Assembly: GCA_031385045.1 (NCBI GenBank)
Contig: JANNBC010000054.1
Coordinates: 32,001 to 96,000, forward strand
Direction: 5' to 3'
From: a bacterium
Lineage (GTDB): Bacteria > Bdellovibrionota_C > UBA2361 > CALJRW01
Length of the DNA: 64,000 bases
A program made the translations under genes and the position numbers. Under the pieces are notes generated by a model, which had not been told where the DNA came from, did not search any database, and was given only the letters and a program-made list of their open reading frames with translations. Below, one piece after another: positions 57,615 to 64,000 of the stretch; positions within the stretch are counted from its first letter, which is position 1, and each line of letters begins with the position of its first letter.

Positions 57615-59213
57615 TTAAGAAGCGAGTTGTAATCCCAAGGGTAGAAAAGAATGATGCTCCGGAGGTTGCCCTTGTCCTAATGCTAAAACATTATCGATTA
57701 AATCACGCTGAGTCCAATTGCTTTGCTCCAAAATCATTCTCCGAACTTCTGGCGGAAAGCCTTGAAATTGTCGATAAGAATAAGCACTATTTCCTTGATA
57801 GTGACCCGCCTGTCGATTCAAATTATTAAAATCATCATCTTTTAATCCCCGTATTCCATTAAGCTGATCTCGCCAAACTCCAAGAAACTCAGGATGATTT
57901 TCCCGGAGATATACTGGGAAGTTCTCGCAACGTGTTTTAGAACTACTGACAAATTTTAAACATTGATTCAGGTGAACATAAAGGGCATGACTCATCGTTC
58001 CTAAGCGCAGGCTGGTTGCTGCTGCTAAAGTTACAGGAAAATTGTCATCAGTGTGATTAATAATATCAACAGCCGAGATCAAAGGTTTAAATGCCCCACT
58101 AAAATCATCCCGAGCTAAAGCAATGTCTGAGTTATTTAAATTAGTAAGGACATGAATCTTGGCTTCTCTAGAAAGACGAATATTTGGATACAAAATATCA
58201 ATCAGCTGATCCTGGATTTTATAAATATCCCTAGCTCGCTCAAAGAATACGGGGTTATAACTAGCAGCCCCCTGCTCAAATAAGGCGACACCCATGGAAT
58301 TGCAACAGTCAATAAACTTTGAAGCATGCTCTTTTAAAACTCTGGAAATAGGATTTCTAATTTCTTCACTTGGATGATACAACAACATTTTCAAATCACT
58401 TTGAAAATGCAATCCACTTAAAGAACTTAAATCAGACATTAACTGATCGTAATTATCTAAGTGATACTGAACATACAAACCAACCTGTGAAGCTAAGAGC
58501 ATTGTTTTTAAACATGCATCTAAAAGCTTCATCTCCGGCGTAATATTCACTCCGAGTTTTTTATTATAATTATGTAACGGCTCAATTATTCGGTAGACAT
58601 CTAAATATTCTTTCTGCTGGAATTGTTCATAGGACACCTCCAAAGCTTTTCTTAAAAATGGAACAAAAGGAGGTTGCTCTAAGCATTTTAACTGATTTAA
58701 AAAATCACTATTATCCAAACTACTTCTGTTTGATAGGATTTCGCGAAACTCTATCATTTGTTTCTCTAGGGACATTTGTACTACATACAAAGGATGTGCA
58801 GGAGCAAAGTTTCCCGACATGATTAAATAAAATTCAGCATCTTTGAAAAAACCTTGATGATAATTAACTTCCGCTCGGACAAAATAAAATTCAGGCTGAC
58901 TCCTAAAATTTACCGAATCCAAGCAAGCTTTAGTCCAGCTTTCTACTTGTTCAAAATTATTTAAGATAATCTGAATTCTTAAAAAATTTACCAATGATTC
59001 TGCTTTCTCCTTAGGAATATTCTTTAAGATTTGATCGATTTCTTTTCTAGTAAAACTTAATTCCTCTGGAATACCCAATTCCGTTTGCAATAAAAACATT
59101 TGAATTCTTAACTGAGGAATATCCGCGTGAATAATTTGCGTGTTGGGTAGACTAGCACCAATAATGCTAGCGGGAATTATAATGGAAGGAGTTACAATTA
59201 CTTCGTCGGGCAT
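57615..59213 (-). CDS. Hypothetical helical (possibly TPR-like) protein
   Basis: 532-aa ORF; FYFVRAEVNYHQGFFKDA and CNSMGVALFEQG resemble TPR helices. Confidence 0.55.
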   Translation of the reverse strand: MPDEVIVTPSIIIPASIIGASLPNTQIIHADIPQLRIQMFLLQTELGIPEELSFTRKEIDQILKNIPKEKAESLVNFLRIQIILNNFEQVESWTKACLDSVNFRSQPEFYFVRAEVNYHQGFFKDAEFYLIMSGNFAPAHPLYVVQMSLEKQMIEFREILSNRSSLDNSDFLNQLKCLEQPPFVPFLRKALEVSYEQFQQKEYLDVYRIIEPLHNYNKKLGVNITPEMKLLDACLKTMLLASQVGLYVQYHLDNYDQLMSDLSSLSGLHFQSDLKMLLYHPSEEIRNPISRVLKEHASKFIDCCNSMGVALFEQGAASYNPVFFERARDIYKIQDQLIDILYPNIRLSREAKIHVLTNLNNSDIALARDDFSGAFKPLISAVDIINHTDDNFPVTLAAATSLRLGTMSHALYVHLNQCLKFVSSSKTRCENFPVYLRENHPEFLGVWRDQLNGIRGLKDDDFNNLNRQAGHYQGNSAYSYRQFQGFPPEVRRMILEQSNWTQRDLIDNVLALGQGQPPEHHSFLPLGLQLAS

Positions 59214-59235
59214 TTCATACAGACTACAATTAATA

Positions 59236-59465
59236 TAGTCATTCCAAAAAGTAATTTCCGTTAGGAAATTAAAATCATAGAGTTATGACTATAGTAGCGA
59301 CCAGCGGGAGCCAAAAGGCAAATAGTAAACCCAACAAATTAAATCAGTTAAACCGAAGGTTTATCAAAGGCCTTTAATCAGTTCGATGCTAATCCCAATG
59401 ATCTCACTAGTTCAAATATTATTATTCAGTAAACACTTTTACGGAAATTAGTTTTGGGTTTACTA
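59236..59465. mobile_element. 230-bp composite MITE-like element, inverted copy of 37317-37548
   Basis: TA|TAGTCATTCCAAAAAGTAATTTCCGTTAGG...TTGGGTTTACTA|TA. Confidence 0.88.
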
Positions 59466-59602
59466 TATTTAACTGTAGTTGATTTATGGACTTACGCAAA
59501 TGTTTTTTTGAGTTAGGGGCAAAACCAATTTGGCTTCCCCCTAACTAGCGCAATAAGTTGGCTAAACTTATAAGATAGCTGCCCTAGAAAGCAGAAACTA
59601 AA

Positions 59603-59692
59603 TGGAGGAGAGTGAGGGATTCGAACCCTCGGTACAGTTTCCCGTACACTCGCTTAGCAGGCGAGTGCCTTCAGCCACTCGGCCAACTCTCC
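59603..59692 (-). tRNA. tRNA-Ser(GCT)
   Basis: Cloverleaf; anticodon arm CTCGC-CTGCTAA-GCGAG; long variable arm; TTCGAAT; CCA encoded. Confidence 0.95.
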
Positions 59693-59824
59693 AAAGACCT
59701 ATAAGGTCTGCACATCGAGCGCTCCGTTGTTTCACACAACGCCACTCGCCTTGCAGGCGTTATTGGTTATTATAATAGATTTTATATGAATCTTGATTAA
59801 GACATTATCTATTCCAATTAGACA

Positions 59825-59857
59825 GTCCACCTTCGCTCCTATAGAGCTATGGCGGAC
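59825..59857 (-). repeat. REP-like hairpin copy
   Basis: Reverse complement GTCCGCC-ATAGC-TCTATAGGA-GCGAA-GGTGGAC. Confidence 0.65.
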
Positions 59858-59892
59858 GCCATTTTTGTTTTTTGCTCAGCAAAAACCAAAAA

Positions 59893-59980
59893 TGGCGGAG
59901 AGGGACGGATTCGAACCCCCGAAGCCTTGCGACTTGCCGGTTTTCAAGACCGGTGCCTTCAACCACTCGGCCACCTCTCC
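59893..59980 (-). tRNA. tRNA-Ser(TGA)
   Basis: Anticodon arm CCGGT-CTTGAAA-ACCGG; long variable arm; GCCA end. Confidence 0.95.
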
Positions 59981-60142
59981 GCAGTTTGGTCAGGCGAAAT
60001 TATAAAATAATGACTTTAAATGCAAGTTTTTGGAGAAATTACTTGGTAAATCTAGTAAATTTTTACCTTTGTCAGCTCTTTTTACCCCCGAATCACTAAA
60101 TGCCGAGATATCCAGCTCCCACTTGAGGGTAGTTTCACTGAT

Positions 60143-61861
60143 TTATTTAGACATCGGATCATAATCTGTCTGCATCCACTGATAATGCCAGTCCTTATTA
60201 CCCTTGAGCATGAGACCCAGTTTATATTTTTTAGAGCCTAACAAATATTTCGGGAGAATTAATTGAAAGCCAACATTTCGCGCCGATTCAAGTTGGAATT
60301 TTTCCTTAATGATCGCTTCGTCTGGATGTATCCATCTTGGGAAACAGATTCTGAAGTTTTGATTGCTCGCTTGATCTTTAGCTAAAAGACAAATCTTCTT
60401 GGGGGCTAAATTCTTTTCCGTAGAAATCATTGCCCAGCCAGCAATCACAAAAAAGTTAGCATCTTCTGCTTGTTGCAGAATTTCATAGGTTATCTGTGCA
60501 GTAGTCGCAGGAATAACTACATCTCTTTCTAAATAAGGAGCCAAAGTTTTAGGAGCTAAACTAGCCTTATAAATATTTTTCTCTTCCGCCTCTTTCATAA
60601 TCAAATCAACAGTTGGACGATGAGCATGTGGTATTTCAATCTCAGAGAAAAATCTAGAAAAAATCACCGACCTCACTTGCTGGAAATGAAAGTTCTTAGC
60701 GGTATCAATAACTTTAGGATTTGTGCGAAATAACCAAAAACTAGTGAGGAATAATAAGCAAAAAAATACCCCTCCTCTAATATAATTATTTTTAAGTCTT
60801 AAAATTAGAGCGATATAAGTTGTTAAGAAAAAAGCTACTGAGTAATAATTATATCTAGAAGTTAGCGCGTCCGCGATTGTCCCAGTGGAACCTCCACGCA
60901 GGATACATGCTGCCAATGGTACAAACATTAGAAAAATTGTAAAAAACTTCAATGTCTTTTGTTCGTTTGTCTCAGCTCTAAAATTGACAAATAATGCAGT
61001 TAAAACCAATAGCATGCCACAAGTAAAAGCTTGTGGCGCATTACCAAAACTAAAATATCCTCCTAGAAAAACAAAAGGAAATTGTAGAAGTTTAATAATA
61101 TCAGCCTGATCTTTTAAAAAGCTATAAATACTATTCGAATTTCCACTAATTACTTCACCAAAAACCCCCAGAGTCAGAACAAAAGTTACGATCAGTATTA
61201 TAATTCTTAGTAATAACTTTGATGGCCTTATATTCTTCCATGGCAAAAATACCGCCACCCAAACTGGAAGTAGAATAATCCCAACACCAGAAACAAGTAT
61301 TGCTAAGATCATGCAAAAAATACTTCGTAATAATTTTCTTTGCACAGCTGTCCAAAGTGCTAAAAGTGCTACAGATAAAATATAGCCATGAGTCAATCCA
61401 CTTTGTAACCAAAGATAAGTACCAAAAGGTATCGGTTGAAAAATTAAACATGGAATTAGAAGTGCTAGATAGACTAGCCAGGATTTTTCTTGTTTAAGAC
61501 CCTTAAGGAAAATTAGGCTCAGAACTATTGCTAATGTAATTGGTCCAATCCAGATAAAATTAGTTAGCAGTTCAAAATCTATTGGTAGTCCAAATAGATA
61601 CCGATAAATCAAAAGTACAAGCTTGGAAATAAAAACAACGGCTTCGTTATAAGGCTGAAAAAGAAGTGTTAATGAATGTGAACTTTCCCACTGATTATAA
61701 AAGTTTAAAATAGCTTGGAAATCATCACAGTAGGGGACAGGGTTTCTTAAATGAAGTAAAATATTAATCCAACTGAACAGAAAGCTAAGAAAGATAATAC
61801 TAAAAAGTAATTTGTGAAGAGTATTTAATCTCCATAGCTCTGACTTAATACGATTTTTCAT
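60143..61861 (-). CDS. Multi-pass membrane protein (possible GT-C-type surface-modification enzyme)
   Basis: About 11 hydrophobic segments; PYCDDF, QPYNE, SRY motifs; soluble C-terminal domain with GWA. Confidence 0.55.
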   Translation of the reverse strand: MKNRIKSELWRLNTLHKLLFSIIFLSFLFSWINILLHLRNPVPYCDDFQAILNFYNQWESSHSLTLLFQPYNEAVVFISKLVLLIYRYLFGLPIDFELLTNFIWIGPITLAIVLSLIFLKGLKQEKSWLVYLALLIPCLIFQPIPFGTYLWLQSGLTHGYILSVALLALWTAVQRKLLRSIFCMILAILVSGVGIILLPVWVAVFLPWKNIRPSKLLLRIIILIVTFVLTLGVFGEVISGNSNSIYSFLKDQADIIKLLQFPFVFLGGYFSFGNAPQAFTCGMLLVLTALFVNFRAETNEQKTLKFFTIFLMFVPLAACILRGGSTGTIADALTSRYNYYSVAFFLTTYIALILRLKNNYIRGGVFFCLLFLTSFWLFRTNPKVIDTAKNFHFQQVRSVIFSRFFSEIEIPHAHRPTVDLIMKEAEEKNIYKASLAPKTLAPYLERDVVIPATTAQITYEILQQAEDANFFVIAGWAMISTEKNLAPKKICLLAKDQASNQNFRICFPRWIHPDEAIIKEKFQLESARNVGFQLILPKYLLGSKKYKLGLMLKGNKDWHYQWMQTDYDPMSK

Positions 61862-61988
61862 TTTATTAATCTTGCAATAAGTAGATCAGATTCTGACATT
61901 TTTCTCAGCATACACATTTTCATTGACATTGAAAAACCTACTAGACTAAAATCAATTTAAACCTCAGCTTAAATCTTACTACAAATAA

Positions 61989-62993
61989 ATGGATAAAATC
62001 AGGAACATTATTAATTTCCTCTGCTTCACACTTTGCTTTTTAATACTTTTCAATAGTTCTGCGGATGCCATCTCAAGTAAACGTGGGATGATGGTTGGGC
62101 CCTCCCTGTCTTTTGCAGATTTAGATGCTTTAGATTCTTGGAATGTCAATGTAGTTAGATGGCAATTTACAAAACTTGCGAATAGAGACTCTGAAAATAT
62201 TACAGAATATCGATCTTGGCTCCAGTCTGTTTTAAATAATGTCATTGCACTTGCTCCTACCATGCAAGAAAAAGGGATTAAAGTAATAGTAGATCTCCAT
62301 ACCCCGCCTGGTGGATTTAGAATGGATCCGAATGGCTTTGCTGTTCATAAAATATTTGAAAATTCGACCCTAAGAAATGAATTTCTTAATTCTTGGTTAA
62401 CAATCACACAACAACTAAAGCCTTATTCCGCGATCTTAGTTCAAGGATATGATCTATTAAATGAGCCCGCAGTAGGATTAATCAACGGTAGCGTCACGAA
62501 AGCATTAACTGACAACTGGAGATACCTCGCTATTGATACTATGACAATGATTAAAAACATTGATGATGTGAGAATATTTATAGAGCCAGGATATGGCACA
62601 CCAGAAAACCTGGTGAGACTTACACCTATTACTGGCTTTTCTAAACTTGTCTACAGTGTTCACCATTATTTCCCTTTGAGCTATACCCACCAAGGGGTAG
62701 GTAGCTTTCCTGATAACATCACATATCCTGGAAAAGAGGTAATACAAGCTAGTCTGGATAAAGCAATTGCATACGAAACACGGCATAATGTGAAAATCTA
62801 TATCGGAGAATTTAGCGTAAATAAAGATGCTCCTGGCGCAGGTAAATTTCTTAGAGATAGCATCGATATATTTGAACAAAATAGTTGGAGCTGGACGTAC
62901 CACGCCTTTAGAGAAGCATCTGTTTGGGATGTTGAGCAAGGTAATCCAAACAGAAAAAGTATATTATTATCATATTTTGCCCTAAACCCTTAG
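61989..62993 (+). CDS. Secreted GH5 (cellulase-like) glycoside hydrolase
   Basis: Signal peptide; N.VR, IVDLH, YDLLNEP, YSVHHY, IYIGEF, W.WTY. Confidence 0.85.
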   Translation: MDKIRNIINFLCFTLCFLILFNSSADAISSKRGMMVGPSLSFADLDALDSWNVNVVRWQFTKLANRDSENITEYRSWLQSVLNNVIALAPTMQEKGIKVIVDLHTPPGGFRMDPNGFAVHKIFENSTLRNEFLNSWLTITQQLKPYSAILVQGYDLLNEPAVGLINGSVTKALTDNWRYLAIDTMTMIKNIDDVRIFIEPGYGTPENLVRLTPITGFSKLVYSVHHYFPLSYTHQGVGSFPDNITYPGKEVIQASLDKAIAYETRHNVKIYIGEFSVNKDAPGAGKFLRDSIDIFEQNSWSWTYHAFREASVWDVEQGNPNRKSILLSYFALNP

Positions 62994-63245
62994 ATCATTA
63001 AAAATCTTTTACGACATATAATCTTACTTATGCATTAAATTCTAACTAACTAATTAATGAATACAGTAAGGATTATGAGAAAAATGCTGACTCAAGTCGC
63101 ACATATGGCTTAGAATACCAAAAACTTAAGTGTTTACTATAAATTTAGACTCAGTTACTCAGAATTGACTAATATTATTGAAAATTTTATATTCCCTCAG
63201 TACTATTATAATTTAATAATATTAGTTAGTACATCTACGATTTGC

Positions 63246-63319
63246 GCGCTTTTAGCTCAGCTGGATAGAGCGTCTGACTACGAATCAGAAGGTCGGTGGT
63301 TCGAATCCTCCAAGGCGCA
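63246..63319 (+). tRNA. tRNA-Arg(ACG)
   Basis: GCGCTTT acceptor stem, TCTGA-CTACGAA-TCAGA anticodon arm, TTCGAAT; CCA not encoded. Confidence 0.95.
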
Positions 63320-63526
63320 TTTTCAATTCTTTCTGCAAGAAAGAATTGTCCTCCGAAGCTTTAGCGAAGGAGGATAATATCTTCCAACTGTCTGATTGGA
63401 GGATTCGAACCATCAAGAAAATACTGCGAATCCTATTTTTTGAGAATCGAAAAATATTATCCAAGGCGCATTTCAATCTTTTCTCCGAGAAAAGATTGAC
63501 CCACCGTAGCCTTGGCGAAGGTGGGT
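63310..63526 (+). repeat. Direct duplication of tRNA 3' end + hairpin + REP-like hairpin (63310-63374 and 63461-63526)
   Basis: CCAAGGCGCATTT(T)CAAT repeated; both following hairpins differ by compensatory changes. Confidence 0.8.
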
Positions 63527-63624
63527 TGATCGATGTCTTCTTACCCAAGAATCCTCCCCAAACATAAATACACCAGTTCCCAGTTCAATTTAAAAACAAG
63601 AAAGATAAACCAATACCAGCCTAC

Positions 63625-63999
63625 TTATCTACTCCCACTTTTTTGTTGAATAATCTCAGCAGATACCACAGGTGTTGCAACTGAAGTCCCCTCAATAACT
63701 TCTAGTTGCTGATTTCTAATATTAGCAAAGCTAAATTTATTCCCTTTAAGAATTAAAGCGTTATGAGTTAAGTGAATTTTAATTACACGCTTCTTAGTAT
63801 TATCTTCTAAAGATTTTTTAATTGATTGTAGATCATAGTTACCATCCTTTAAGCCAGCTTGGATTAAAATCTTAGCTAATTCTTTTTCCGATAAAGAAAT
63901 ATTCTCTTTTTTATTTTCGATTTGAACTTGAACCTCAGCATCTACATATTTAATATCCTTAAGTGGAACCTTAGTTTTTAGATTTCCTGTTAGAACCCA
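63625..63999 (-). CDS. Partial CDS (5' end outside window); possible S8 subtilase C-terminus
   Basis: Open frame to TAA at 63625-63627, ending ...IEGTSVATPVVSAEII..., which resembles the GTSxAxP catalytic-Ser motif. Confidence 0.5.
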   Translation of the reverse strand, partial: WVLTGNLKTKVPLKDIKYVDAEVQVQIENKKENISLSEKELAKILIQAGLKDGNYDLQSIKKSLEDNTKKRVIKIHLTHNALILKGNKFSFANIRNQQLEVIEGTSVATPVVSAEIIQQKSGSR

Positions 64000-64000
64000 A

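Noticed and set aside
59695..59760. Small hairpins between the two tRNA-Ser genes as a separate ncRNA
   Set aside because: Short stems, single occurrence, no recognisable family
59793..60099. Short ORFs 59793-60005 and 59872-60099 (likewise 63165-63567)
   Set aside because: Overlap tRNA genes and repeats; spurious
1318..62939. Numerous 60-145 aa ORFs antisense to or nested in long genes (e.g. 1318, 3030, 23331, 42137, 46292, 47109, 62505)
   Set aside because: Shadow frames of well-supported genes, no motifs
63310..63475. attL/attR of a genomic island at tRNA-Arg
   Set aside because: The duplicated 3' ends are only ~150 bp apart with no integrase; kept only as a mini-element/scar hypothesis
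1..64000. CRISPR array, cas genes, transposase, integrase or prophage genes
   Set aside because: No regularly spaced direct repeats and no ORF with recognisable motifs for these

Overview
AT-rich bacterial chromosomal window; rpoN/hpf, ArnT and a lipoprotein fit a diderm host, but the taxon cannot be determined. Housekeeping content: 3' end of rpoN plus hpf, acyl-CoA ligase, SNF2 helicase, ridA, a DAP/lysine operon of the dapL type, hisC/hisB, rnc-der, murL-murD2, tal and three tRNAs. The main accessory block (about 11.7-31.9 kb) is a sugar / compatible-solute cluster. It holds two tandem GpgS-like GT-A paralogues, an MpgP/GpgP-like HAD phosphatase, a GH13_18 phosphorylase, glycerate kinase, GH31, a GT4-GH65-pgmB operon, a hexokinase-family kinase and zwf/gntK. 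The non-coding DNA carries at least three families of small structured repeats. (1) A TA-flanked modular MITE-like family has three copies; one splits a relE toxin gene, whose missing C-terminus (LKLGHRKDIYR) lies in frame on the far side of the element. (2) A pair of ~200-bp multi-hairpin inverted repeats brackets an orphan ORF and ridA. (3) A REP-like hairpin with a conserved internal loop has four copies, mostly next to tRNAs. A 980-aa orphan appears to be built of degenerate annexin-like repeats. No CRISPR array, transposase or integrase was seen. All product calls are from motif recognition by eye, without database searches.
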